DNA of 64,000 nt from the human T2T-CHM13v2.0 reference genome, Homo sapiens (GCF_009914755.1 NC_060935.1), one strand, 5' to 3'. Positions 27,829 through 44,750 are shown, numbered from the stretch's first letter. Numbers and translations are program-made. Notes: a model not told the origin generated them from the letters alone.

Positions 27829-28332
27829 TATTTTTTAACTGACACATAAAAAATGTCTATATTTATGACATAGACATATTTATAATAATATTTTGAAATA
27901 GGTATATATTGTAGAATGGCTAAATTGATCTGATTAACATACACAGCGACAACATATCTATCATTCTGTGTGTGTGGTGAAAACACAACATCTACTCTTT
28001 TAGCAATTTTCAAGAAGACATTATTATCAGCAACAGTCACCACGTTGTGCAATAGATCTCTTGAATTTATTCCTTCTACCTAATATGTGTTATTGCATTG
28101 AACTTTGACAAATCATTTCTATTTCAGATTATGAAAAAGCTGCAGATCCCTATATGAAACTTTGCCCTTTGTCCAATATTTACTCAACCCCCATGCCCTG
28201 TCCCTGGTAACCACCATTCTACTTTCTGTTGCTATGAGTTCAATTTTTTTTAGATTCTACATATAAGTGAGATCACACGATATTTGTCTTTCTGTGCCTG
28301 GTTTATTTCACTAAGCATAATCTCAAGCAGGT
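27829..28332 (-). mobile_element. L1MA (L1MA6/7-like) 3' end
   Basis: TTTTTAACTGACACATAA..GAATGGCTAAAT..ATCTACTCTTTTAGCAATTTTCAAG..AATAGATCTCTTGAA..ACCACCATTCTAC..CATATAAGTGAGATCA. Outer TSD CTTACA(G/T)CCTGATT. Confidence 0.85.
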
Positions 28333-29564
28333 CTTACATCCTGATTCTAACAAGCTCCAGGAGACTATGAAAGTCACCTCCATGGTTTCTAGCTTGTGTA
28401 TCCATGCTGTATCCATAAATAGCTTGTGTTTCTAGCTTGTGTATCCATAAATCCTTGATTTATGGCCCATAAAAAACAAAGAAGTGGTAGAAGTACTAAC
28501 GATGTAAGAAATAAGTGTTTATGAATTTCGACTCAATCTCTGACACTAGGCACACAGAAGCATCCAAGCAAAAGTTTTTCAAAAGAAGCTATTTCCCAGA
28601 GCAATTTTTCCAATAGCTTCCAAAATGTGTGGCGCTTCCTAAATCCCTAAATTATAGGCAAGGTTCTCAAATTATCACAGAAATTGAATTGACTGGAAAG
28701 GCAGCATAGTTCTTCTGTCTCGTGAACCAAATTCTCTTGCTAATGACTGCTTTTTTATGAAAAGTTCATATCTGAGCAGAACTTCTAGGGGTAGACAGCA
28801 ACAAGAAACCATCCCCAGACTCTGTAAGTAAAAAGCGATCATATTATCAAATCACCCAGTGGTGCCCAAATGGCTTCCACCATGATCTGAAGCCACCAAC
28901 AACCCTAGAGACAGAGAAAAATGCAGGCTGGCAAATATGCTAGCACCCATTGCCAGAGGTGAGCTGCCATATTGATGACTTCTCCCTGGCTCTGCCTTGT
29001 AACATCAAGTCTAGCAGCATCCTGTACAGTCAGTGGCATGGCCTGGCCAAACAGAAAAATTTCTGCTGCTCCAGCATCACAAAATCTGACAGCTGTGTCA
29101 CTTCAGAGAAGTATCTACAAAATTTGCCTTAGCCCAGCATTCTCCCAATGAACTCCAGAGAACTTGTTCCACAAGACACTCAACATGAAAAGAATTTCAA
29201 GGCCAAGTAGTGCTGAAAGTTCTGAGTTAACCAATATCAGATTTTTTTTACTGCCAGGCTTTCCAGGGATTTCTTATTAATATACACTAGTATGAATTAT
29301 GTCTCTCTAAGAGAAAATGAGTGTAGAGCATTTGCCAAACTTACTGAGTCACAGGACCCTTTTATATCTATGGACTATTTGTTCTATTATCTCAGTTCTA
29401 AAATGTATATTTATCTCACATTTTAATATTTCTGATATTGGAATTACCTTAACATCTATGTATATATTTAAGAGGAAAATGAAAATGGTTATGAAATTGA
29501 TGGTGACTCTTTCCCTCCTTCTATCTACCTATCTCTATCTAATATAATAGAAGATAATTCTTAT

Positions 29565-30018
29565 AATTTTAAGTTGCCTTAGCATCCATTTTGAATTAAG
29601 TTTAACTTTCTCATACCAGAAGTAAGGCTCAGTCACCCTTGACACAACTTCTAGGTCTATACCACACCCAGTGCTCAAGCTGGTGACCAGAGATGAGAAC
29701 TTAGAGGCATCTCTTCCACCTATCAGTCTGGGTTCCCCACTTTCCTTAAAGTGACCCACAATCGTATTCCTTTATACACACCACTAGTTGCCCACCCCAC
29801 CTCTTCTCTCTGTCTCTCTGCCTTACTCTTCATTTCTGCCTTGTGTGACCCAATTGTGGGTTGGACAACTAGACATTAGGCCACTTGCCAGGTAAAAGAA
29901 GTATCTCATGAAAGGCACACTGTAAACATTCATGTCTATCTCCCCTTCATTTCCTATTAGAGTAAGTTTGCTAATTGATCGGGTACTGGACACCCAGTTT
30001 AGCTGAGAGGTCTCAAAA
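29565..30018 (+). mobile_element. ERVL-class LTR (MER54/MER73/MER74-like), internally deleted
   Basis: TAACTTTCTCATACCAGAAG..GGCTCAGTCACCCTTGACACA and GGCACACTGTAAACA..CCCCTTCATTTCC..TTTAGCTG..TCTCAAAA. Confidence 0.55.
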
Positions 30019-31354
30019 TAATAATATAATGAAGATAAAACACTATTAAAAGCTTGGAATTAGTGTTCCTTACTATACAATTTGAAAAAAAATATGTATC
30101 TGTTTAAAACAAAGAGCTGGCTAACTACTCTTATAAAAATAACTAAAATGAGAAGAAGAGGAAATAGACTACTTATTAGAAAACCCTGTGTATTTGAAGA
30201 AAATCTTCATATGATAAACAGAATACCACATTTGTATATCGATAATCAATATTCTATTCAGTCATCAACACAAGTACCTTAAAAACTTATGCCAGGAGGT
30301 GTGTTATTTGCCCTGTTCCAGTTATTGTGGATCAAAACATTTTTATTTCTTTACAAAGCATCTGAGAGTGTGGAATAAGATGATGGAATAGGACTCTCCA
30401 GTGTTCGTTGCCACACAGAAATATCAATTTGAAAAACTACCCATGCATGAAAATACCTTTACAAGAACTAAGAAACTCATGTGAGAGGTCACAGTACCTG
30501 GCTGTAGCATAATAATGAGAAAAGATGCATTGAAGAGAACAGGAAAGATAGTTTTTTTACCCACATCACCCCTCCAATCCCAACAGCACAGCAGAAAGAA
30601 AGATACTATTTGCCTGGGGGAAAGAGAAAGAAGTAAAAATAAGACTTTGCTTTTATCCCTAATATCAGACCTACAATAGTAAAAATGACAGTAAAGATGC
30701 TGTCAACCTAAAAAATCTATATTTTGTTATAACTGATGTTTTTTTGCAAGCCTCGTGATAACTACAAAACAAAAACCTATAATAGAAACACAAAACATAA
30801 AAAGCAAGGAATCAAAACAAACCACGGAGAAAAATTCCCTTAAGCACAAAGGAAGACAGTAAAGGAGGAAGGAAATTTTAAAAATCTACAAAGCATTTAG
30901 AAAACAAGTAATAAAATTGCAGTAGTAAACCTTTACCTATCAAAAATCACCTTAAATATAAACGGATTCAATTTTTCAATCAGAGACACAGAGTGGCTGA
31001 ATACAGAAACAAAATTCAACTACACACTGCCTTCAAGAGACTCACTTCACCTATAACACAGAGACTTAAAGTGAAGGATGGAAAAAGACATTCCACACAA
31101 ATAGAAGCCAAAAGAGAGCAAGAGGAGATATACTTATATCAGATAAAATAGACTTTAAGTCAAACCCTCTAAAAGAGACAAAGAAAGTCATTATATAATG
31201 ATAAAGAAGTCAATTCAGCAAGAAGCTTCAATAGTTATTAAGTCCATATGCACCCAACATTAAAGAAGCTAAATATATAAGGCAAATGTTAATAGATATG
31301 AAGGGAGAGATAGATTGCAATACAATAATAGTAGAGGACTTCAACACCCACTTT

Positions 31355-31813
31355 ATTTTTTTTATATACTTTAAGTTCTAGGGTACATGTGCACAACGTG
31401 CAGGTTTGTTACTTATGTAAACATGTGCCATGTTGGTATGCTGCACCCATTAACTCGTCATTTACATTAGGTATATCTCCTAATGCTATCCCTCCCCGCT
31501 CCCCCAACCCCACAACAGGCCCCAGTGTGTGATGTGCCCCACTCTGTGTCCAAGTGTTCTTATTGTTCAATTCCCACCTATGAGTGAGAACACGTGGTGT
31601 TCGGTTTTCTGTCCTTGCGATAGTTTGCTAAGAATGATGGTTTCCAGCTTCATCCACGTCCCTGCAAAGGACATGAACTCATCCTTTTTTATGGCTGCAT
31701 AGTATTCCATGTGTATATGTGCCACATTTTCTTAATCCAGTGTATCATTGATGGACATTTGGGTTGGTTCCAAGTCTTTGCTATTGTGAATAGTGCTGCA
31801 ATAAACATACATG
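31355..31813 (-). mobile_element. L1PA5/6-like 3' end inserted in L1MA
   Basis: T-tail then ATACTTTAAGTTCTAGGGTACATGTGCACAACGTG. TSD TCAACACCCA(C/A)TTT at 31341-31354 and 31814-31827. Confidence 0.92.
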
Positions 31814-34800
31814 TCAACACCCAATTTAAGAAATGGACAGATCACCCAGACTGAAAATCCACAAGAAAATATTAGACTTCACTGCACTCTAGACCAAATG
31901 GAATTAACAGACATATACAGAAAATTCCATCCAACAGCTGCAGCACACCCTTTTTCTCAACTGCACATGGAACATTCTCCACAATAGATCATATGTTAGG
32001 CCCCAAAACAAGTCTTAACAAATTTTAAAAGATTAAAATCATATCAAGTATCTTTTCTGACCACAATGATATCAAACTAGAATTTTTTTTCATACCAACA
32101 GTGAATTACCTGAAAAAGAAATGAAGAAAACAACCCCACTTACAATAGATACCAAAAAATATATACTATGAATCAACTTAACCAAGGAGGTCAAAGATCT
32201 GTATACTGAAAACAATAAAACACTGATGAAATATATTTTAAAAAAACACAAATAAATAGAAAGATATCCTGTGTCTATAGACTGGAAGAATTTAATATTG
32301 TTAAAATGTCTGTGCTACCTAAAGCAATCTAGTTTCAATATAATCCCTATCAAAATAAAAGAGACATTCTTCACAGAAATAGGAAAAAAATGTAAAATTT
32401 ATATGGAATAGCAAAAGATCCCAAAGAGCCAAAATAACCTTGAGAGAGAAAAACACAGTTGGAGGCATCACACTACCTAGAACAAGTAGAAAAGAATAGA
32501 GGGCCCAGAAATAAATCCATGCATTTACAGCCAACTGTGTTTTGATAGAGGTGCCAAGAACACACATTGGTGAAAGGACATTCTCTTCCATAAATGCTGT
32601 TGGACAAAAAAAGAAAATTTCAGGCCAATATCTTTGATGAACATAGACACAAAAATCCTCAACAAAATACTAGAAAACCAAGTCCAGCAGCACATCAAAA
32701 AGCTAATCCACCATGATCAAGTAGGTTTTATCCCTGGGATGCAAAGTTGGTTCAACATAGGCAAATCAATAAATGTGATTCACCACATAACAAAGAGAAC
32801 TAAGAACAAATCACATGATCATTTCAATAGATGAGAACAGGCTTCCAATAAAATTCAACATCCTTCATGTTAAAAACCCTCAAAAAACTAGTCATCAAAG
32901 AACATATTTCAAAATAACAGGAGCCATCTATGAAAACTCCTCAGCCAACACTGAATAGGCAAAAGCTGGAAGCATTTCCCTTGAAAACTGCAGCAAGGCA
33001 AAGAGGCCCTCTTTCACCACTTCTATCCAACATGGTACTAGAAGTCCTAGCCAGAGCAATCAGACAAGAGAAACAAATAAAAGGCATCCAAACAGGAAAA
33101 GAGAAAGTCAAACTATCCCTGTTTTTAGACTATATGATTGTATATCTAGAAAACTTCATAGTCTCTGCCCAAAAGCTCCTTGTTCTGATAAACAACTTCA
33201 GCAAAGTTTCACGATGCAAAATTAATGTACAAAAATTAGTAGCATTTCTATACACCAACAAGATCCAAGCTGAGAGCCAAATCAAGAATGCAATCCCATT
33301 CAAAATGCCACAAAAAGAATAAGATACCTATAGATACAGCTAACCAAGGAGATGAAAGACTTCTACGATGAGAATTACAAAACACTGCTGAAAGAAATCA
33401 GAGATGACACAAAAAAATGAAAAAACATTTCATGCTCATGGATAGAATTAATACTGTTAAAATGGCCATACTGCCCAAAGCAATTTACAGATTCAATGAT
33501 ATTCCCACCAAACTACAAAATGACATTCTTCACAGAATAAGAAAAACTATTTTAAAATTTATATGGGCCCAGTAAAGAGTCCAAATAGCCAAAGCAATCC
33601 TAAGCAAAAAGAACAAAGCTGGAGGCATCACACTAACCTGACTTCAAACTATACTACAAGGCTGCAGCAATCAAAGCAGCACGGTACTGGTACAAAAACA
33701 GACACATAGACCAATGGAACAGAATAGAGAGCACAGAAACAATGCCACACACCTGTAACCATCTGATCTTTGACAAAGCTGACAAAAACAAAGCAATGGG
33801 GAAAGGACTCCTTCTTTAATAAATGGTGCTAGGATAACTAGCTAGCCATATGCAGAAGATAAAAACTAGACCCTTTCCTTTCACCATATACAAAAATAAA
33901 CTCAAGATGGATTAAAGATTTAAATGTAAAACTGAAAACTATAAAAATCTTGGAAGATAACCTAGGAAATAGCAGTCTAGACATAAGACATGGCAAAGAT
34001 TTCATGATGAAGATGCTAAAAGCAATTGCAATAAAAACAAAAATTGACAGATGGGACATGCTTAAATGAAAGAGCTTCTGCACAGCAAAAGAAACTATCA
34101 ATAAATAGACAACCTATAGAATGGGAGAAAATATTTTTAAACTATGTATCTGACAAAGGTCTAATACCCAGAATTTATAAGGAACTTCAACAAATTTATG
34201 GGGGGCGGCTCCAAGATGGCCCAATAGGAACAGCTCCAGTCTACAGCTCCCAGCATGAGCAACGCAGAAGACAAGTGATTTCTGCATTTCCAACTGAGGT
34301 ACCAGGTTCATCTCACTGGGGCTTGTAGGACAGTGGGAGCAGGACAGTGGGTGCAGCCCACCAAGCAAGAGCCGAAGCAGGGCGAGGCATCACCTCACCC
34401 AGGAAATGCAAGGAGTCAGGGAATTCCCTTTCCTAGCCAAGGGAAGTGGTGATGGACGGCACCTGGAAAATCAGGTCACTCCCACCCTAATACTGCGCTT
34501 TTCCAATGGTCTTAGCAAACGGCACACCAGGAGATTATATCCCGTGCCTGGCTCAGAGGGCCCCATGCCCATGGAGCCTCGCTCATTGCTAGCACAGCAG
34601 TCTGAGATCGATCTGCAAGGTGGCAGCGAAGCTGGGGGAGGGGCACCCACCAGTGCTGAGGCCTGACTAGGTAAACAAAGCAGCCAGGAAGCTCCAACTG
34701 GGTGGAGCCCACCGCAGCTCAAGGAGGCCTGCTTGCCTCTGTAGACTCCACCTCTGGGGGCAGGGCATAGCCAAACAAAAGGCAGCAGAAACCTCTGCAG

Positions 34801-35230
34801 ACTTAAATGTCCCAGTCTGACAGCTTTGAAGTGAGTAGTGGTTCTCCCAGCACTGAGTTTGAGATCTAAGAATGGACAGACTGCCTCCTCAAGTGGGTCC
34901 TTGACCCCTGAGTAGCCCCAACTGGGAGGCAAACTCCAGTAGGAGCAGACTGACACCTCACACAGCCAGGTAACCCTCTGAGACAAAAATTTCCAGAGGA
35001 ACAATCAGGCATCAACATTTGCTGTTCAGCAATATTCACTGTTCTGCAGCCTCCGCTGCTCATACCCAGGCAAACAGGGTCTGGAGTGGACCTCCAGCAA
35101 ACTCCAACAGACCTGCAGCTGAGGGTCCTGATTGTTAGAAGGAAAACTAACAAACAGAAAGGACATCCACACCAAAACCCCATCTGTACGTCACCACCAT
35201 CAAAGACCAAAGGTAGATAAAACCACAAAG

Positions 35231-36257
35231 ATGGGGAAAAACAGAGCAGAAAAGCTGAAAATTCTAAAAATCAGAGCGCCTCTCCCCCTCCAAAGGAATG
35301 CAGCTACTCACCAGCAACGGAACAAAGCTGGATGGAGAATGACTTTGACGAGTTGAGAGAAGAAGGCTACAGAAGATCAAACTTCTCCGAGCTAAAGGAG
35401 GAAGTTCAAACCCAATGCAAAGAAGCTAAAAATCTTGAAAAAAGATTAGACGAATGGCTAACTAGAATAACCAATGTAGAGAAGTCCTTAAAGGAACTGG
35501 TCGAGCTGAAAACCATGGTACGAGAACTACATGACGAAGGCACAAGCTTCAGTAGCCAATGCGATCAACTGGAAGAAAGTGTGTCAGTGATGGAAGATCA
35601 AATGAATGAAATGAAGCAAGAAGAGAAGTTTAGAGAAAAAAGAGTAAAAAGAAATGAACAAATCCTCCAAGAAATAAGGGACTATGTGAAAAGACCAAAT
35701 CTACGTCTGATTGGTATATCTGAAAGTGACGGGGAGAATGGAACCAAGTTGGAAAACACTCTGCAGGATATTATCCAGGAGAACGTCCCCAATCTAGTAA
35801 GGCAGGCCAACATTCATATTCAGGAAATACAGAGAATGCCACAAAGATACTCCTCGAGAAGAGCAACTCCAAGACACATAATTGTCAGATTCACCAAAGT
35901 TGAAATGAAGGAAAAAATGTTAAGGGCAGCCAGAGAGAAAGGTCGGGTTACACACAAGGGAAGCTTGTGTAACAAGAGAGATCAAAGTAACAGCTGATCT
36001 CTTGGCAGAAACTCTACAAGCCAGAAGAGAGTGGGGGCCAATATTCAACATTCTTAAAGAAAAGAATTTTCAATCCAGAATTTCATATCCAGCCAAACTA
36101 AGCTTCATAAGTGAAGGAGAAATAATCCTTTATAGACAAGCAAATGCTGAGAGATTTTGTCACCACCAGGCCTGCTCTACAACAGCTCCTGAAGGAAGCA
36201 CTAAACATGGAAAGAAACAACCAGTACCAGCCACTGCAAAAACATGCCAAATTGTAA
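35231..36257 (+). pseudogene. L1 ORF1p, frameshifted
   Basis: ATG at 35231; ORF 35332-35997 MENDFDELREEG..KRPNLRLIG..RATPRHIIVRFTKV; 36002 onward ETLQARREWGPIF..YPAKLSF; stop TAA at 36255-36257. Confidence 0.9.
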
Positions 36258-36320
36258 AGACCAACGGTGCTAGGAAGAAACTACAGCAACTAATGAGCAA
36301 AATAACCAGCTAACATCATA

Positions 36321-40152
<3,832 letters not shown>

Positions 40153-41542
40153 ACAATGAGAACACTTGGACACAGGAAGGGGAACATCACACACCGGGGC
40201 CTGTCATGGGGTGGGGGGAGTGAGGAGGGATAGCATTAGGAGATATAACTAATGTAAATGATGAGTTAACGGGTGCAGCACACCAACATGGTGCATGTAT
40301 ACATATGTAACAAACCTGCACGTTGTGCACCTGTACCCTAGAACTTAAAGTATAATTTAAAAAAATAAATTTACAAGAAAAAAAACTTTAACAAGTGGGC
40401 AAAGGACATAAACACTTTTCAAAAGAAGACATACATGTGACCAGAAAGCATATGAAAAATGCTCTACATCACTAATTATTTGAGAAATGCAAATCAAAAC
40501 CATGAGAAACCATATCACACCAGTCAGAATGGCTATTACTAAAGTCAAAAAATAGCAGATGCTGGCAAGGTTGTGGAGAAAAGGAACACTTATACACTGC
40601 TGGTGGGAATGTAAATTAGTTCAGCCACTCTAGAAAGCAGTTTAGTGATTTCTCGAAGAACTTAAAACAGAATTACCATTTGACTCAGCAATCCCATTAT
40701 TGGGTATATACCCAAAATATACAAATTGTTGTACCATAAAGACACATGCACACATATGTTCATCATGATACTATTCACAATAACAAATACATGGAATCAA
40801 CCTAAATGCTCATCAACAATATACTGGATTTTTAAAATGTAGTACATATATACAATGTAATACTGTGCAGCCATAAAAAAGAATGAGATCGTGTCCTTTG
40901 CAGCAACGTGGATGGGGCTATACAGGTTATTATCCTAAGAAAACTAACACAGGAACAGAAAACCAAATACATCATGTTCCCACTTATAAGTGGGAGGTAA
41001 ACTTTGAGTAAATGTGGACACAAAGAAGGAAACAACAGACACTAGGGCTTACTTCAGTGTGGAGGGTTAGAGGAGGGTGACAATCAAAAAACTACCAATC
41101 AGGTACTATGCTTATTACCTGAGTGATGAAATAATTTGTACACCAAACCACCATGATACACATTTTACCCATGTAAGAAACCTGCACATGCACCCCTGAA
41201 CCTAAAATAAAAGTTTAAAAAGTAAATAAATAAATATTAAAATGTTTTCATTGTTCCTATAGTAACCAGGAAAGCTTTTAAAATACTGATGCCTGTATTC
41301 AAAATGCTGATGCCACAGATTACGATTTAATTGAGCTTTGATTGGGCTGGAGCATTAAGATATCTTTTTGAGCAGCTGGACTTGACAATCAGTGGTAGCC
41401 ACACCAAAAATATTAACTTATTTATTACATACAGCTATTTTATTGAATTAAACTTTTGTCTGAATTTTCTGACCAGTTTAGATAAAATATTTTATTCAGT
41501 AGCCCATATACATACAGACTCACTTGTCTAATATGAGGAAAG

Positions 41543-41869
41543 TGTTGCACAATATTTCTTCATGGGTCCCTCATATTTCTGCACATCTTGCAAGCAGAGG
41601 CACAGACTTCCCTTTGTTTCAGACTGTCTCTCTGAGGATGTTAGTGTCTCCTCTGGAACAAAGAGTAAGCATGCCTACTACTCTTTTTAAGACATTTGCC
41701 TTCCCTAACCTCACGTATTTTCTCCGGTAAGAGGAGAAAACCCACTGCATGTGCACACATCCATCTGAGTACCCACTTCACTCCCATGGGACTTGGGAGC
41801 AAGGAGAACTGCTATATTCTTGCTTATGCTATTTATTGGTTCATGAGTAATAAAATCCTTTGTCTCTGA
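41543..41869 (+). mobile_element. ERVL-class LTR (LTR41-like) truncated just after its AATAAA, inside the transduced segment
   Basis: TGTTGCACAATATTTC..GGGTCCCTCA..TTTCTGCACATCTTGCAAGCAGAGGCAC..AACCCACTGC..TGAGTAATAAAATCCTTTGTCTCTGA, followed by an A-tail. Confidence 0.7.
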
Positions 41870-43609
41870 AAAAATAAATAAAATAAATGCTGTTGGGAAA
41901 ACTGGATATTGATGTGAAAAAGAATAAAATTAGAACTTTATCTCACACCATAATCAAAAATCAACTCAAAATGATATAAAAACTTAAATGAAAGACCTGA
42001 AACAGTATAACTACCAGAACAAAACATCAGAATAAAGCTCTAAGACATTGGTGTGAGCAATGATTTTTTGGATATAATCTCAAAAACATAAGCAATGACA
42101 GAAAAAATAGACAAATGGGAGTACATCGAACCAAAAGTCTTCTGAAGCCCAGCAAAAGACATAATCGGCAGAGTGAAGAAATGACCTGCCAGATGGGAGA
42201 AGATATTTTCAAACTATACATCTGAAAAAGAGTTAATACCCAGAATATAGAATATATAAAAAACTCAACTCAATAGCAGAGGAAACAAATAACACAATTA
42301 AAAATGGGGAAAGAATCTAAATAGACATTTATCAAAAGAAGACATACAAATGGTTAACAGATATATGAAAAAAATGCTCCATACTACTAAGCAACAAATG
42401 CAAATCAAAATGCAAATTACAAGAATAATGAGATATCATCTTGCTCCTGTCAGAATGGCTATTATCAAAAAGATAAACAAACAATAGTAAGTGTTGGCAA
42501 AGATGTGGAGAAAAGGGAACACTTGCATACCGTTCGTGGGAATATAGTTTAGTATAGTCATTATGGAAAACACTATGGATGTTCCTCAAAAAATTAAAAA
42601 TAGAACTACCATGTGATTCAGCAACCTCACTACTGGGTATATATACAAAGGAAATAAAATCATATATTAAAGAGATAACTCCACTTCCATGTTTATTGCA
42701 GCCTTATTCACAATAGCCAAGATATGGAATCAAACTAAGGGTCCATTAATGAATGAATGGATAAGGAAGATGTGGTATATACACACAATGGAATACTATT
42801 GAGCCATACAAAAGAAGGAAATCCTTTTAACTGAGATAAACTGGATAAACCTGGAAGACATTGTGTTAAGCAAAATAAGCCAGGCCCAGAAAAACAAACC
42901 CCACGTGATTTCACTTATATGTAGAAACTAAAAAAAGTTGATCTTACAGAAATAGAGAGTAGAAAGGTGGTTACCAGAGACTGAGGCAGTTATAGGGAAG
43001 ATTGGTTGAAGAGGTATGGGTCAATGGATACAAACTTACAGTTAGGAGGAATAATTTCAAGAGATCTATTGTACAGCATTGTGATTATAATTAATGATAA
43101 TATATTGTATTCTTGAAAAAAAGCTAAAAGAGTGGATAGTAAGTGTTCTCACCACAAATGATAACTATGTAAGGCAATACATATGTTAATCGCTATATTT
43201 AACCATTCTACAATGTTTACATACTTCAAAACATCATGTTGTATGCAATAAATACATACAATTGTATCTGTTAAGTTACAAAATAAATAAATTTGTAAAA
43301 AACAGTATCAATGACTCAGGCTGGCCATTTTACACAATCTATTTTGGTGAATTCCTAGTCCTTGAAAACACTTATTATTCCTCTTATTTACTAACTTTAA
43401 TATGAGTCAACATTCTCCCTTGCTAAGGGAAGTGAGCCTTGCAAACACTTTCTGGAATTCATGTTTGTCCTAAAAGTGGAAGTGAAATCCAAATTTGGAA
43501 CTTGTGTTCCAGGAATGACTGATCATTTCTACCCATCACCCCTCCCTAACCACTCCAGCCCTGTGAGGATAACACCTATGGCCTGAACATAGCCAAAATG
43601 TTGCTATCT

Positions 43610-44018
43610 TTTATCAGTTTGTTCAGGCTGCCATAACAAAGTACCACACACTGGGTGCTTAAACAAGAGAAATGTATCATCTCACAGTTCTGGAGGCTGA
43701 ATGTCTGAAAGCAAGGTGTTGGAGGATTGGTTCTTTCTGAGGGCTGTGAGGAAAGAACCTGGTTCAGGTCTCTCTCCTTGGCTTATAGACAACCATCTTC
43801 ATGTCCACATGGTGTTTTCTCTGTATGTGTGTCAGTCTCCAAGTTTCTTTTTTATAAAGACATCAGTCACATGGCATTTAGGGCTCACCTTAAACACCTT
43901 ATCTTAACTTGATTACCTCTGTAAAGACTTTACCTCCAAACAAGGTCATATTCTGAAGTACCGGGGTTTAGGACCTTAACATAAGAATTTTTCCAGGGAC
44001 ATAATTCAACTCATAATA
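43610..44018 (-). mobile_element. MLT1B-like solo LTR
   Basis: GGCTGCCATAACAAAGTACCAC..TCTCACAGTTCTGGAGGCT..TCTTAACTTGATTAC..AATTCAACTCATAATA. CTATC on both sides. Confidence 0.85.
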
Positions 44019-44409
44019 CTATCTGAGGTAAAGGCTGTCAACTGTTCAGAACACTAAAGAATCTTTTAGACATCTTGACCTAAGGCAAACCCAGATCAAT
44101 CCTTTATTCCCTCTCTCTCTTAATGGGTGAGTCTCTGGGTGATGATCTGGGCCTGTTGTGGTATGTCAGACTTATTGGAATCACATTTTCTCCTGGCAAG
44201 AATGCCTCTTAAACCCTTCAGAAAGAACTATGCTCTGGCTAATGAGTCATGACTGGAGAAACAGAGAGAACTGAGCTCCAACAAATTCTCAAGGATATGA
44301 CTCAAATATAAGGAAGATTATAAGAAGGCCAGAAACTGTTCTTATGAAAACATCAGTTTCAAGTTTAACTACAGCTTCCCATGGCACCAAGCCTGAAATC
44401 TAAAATTTC

Positions 44410-44750
44410 ATAATAGTAAATAATGGTGATGACTATAGCAAACATTTATTAAGCATTTAGTAAATGCCTGAAATAGGTGCTTTACATACATGATATTATT
44501 AAATCCTCACAGGCACTATATGAAGTTCATACTTTCAATTAAATCTGATATGTAAGTAAAGAGCCTAGTACAGACTCCAACACATAGTAGGTACTCAATC
44601 AAGAGCTAACATTTATCCTCATTTTACAGGTAAGAAAACTGAATATCAGAGATACCTAAGATTGTGCTGGTAGTGAGAGGTAAAGCCTATATTTGAATCT
44701 AGGCATCTTAGACTCTAAAGCTTGCGATCTTATCTACTGACTACACAACT
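44410..44750. mobile_element. MIR fragments
   Basis: CATTTATTAAGC..GCTTTACATA..AATCCTCACA; CTCATTTTACAGGTAAGAAAACTGA..TTTGAATCTAGGC..GACTCTAAAGC. Confidence 0.6.

Larger units (their letters stand above)
27138..28507 (+). pseudogene. OR5BP1P: Olfactory receptor family 5 pseudogene fragment, split by an L1MA+AluJ insertion (parts 27138-27544 and 28347-28507)
   Basis: KP..YSLVLSSKVCILLAAG..SNAINHFFCN..LSC..SWTYILVAIKRMSSVGRK..CVSHL..YVYLQPD. After the insertion it continues SNKLQETMKVTSM..LIYG..NKEVVEVL. The symbol is tentative, from recalled order. Confidence 0.85.

Noticed and set aside
29135-29500. Possible hAT-Charlie/Tigger DNA transposon remnants
   Set aside because: Weak resemblance only; no terminal inverted repeats or TSD could be verified.
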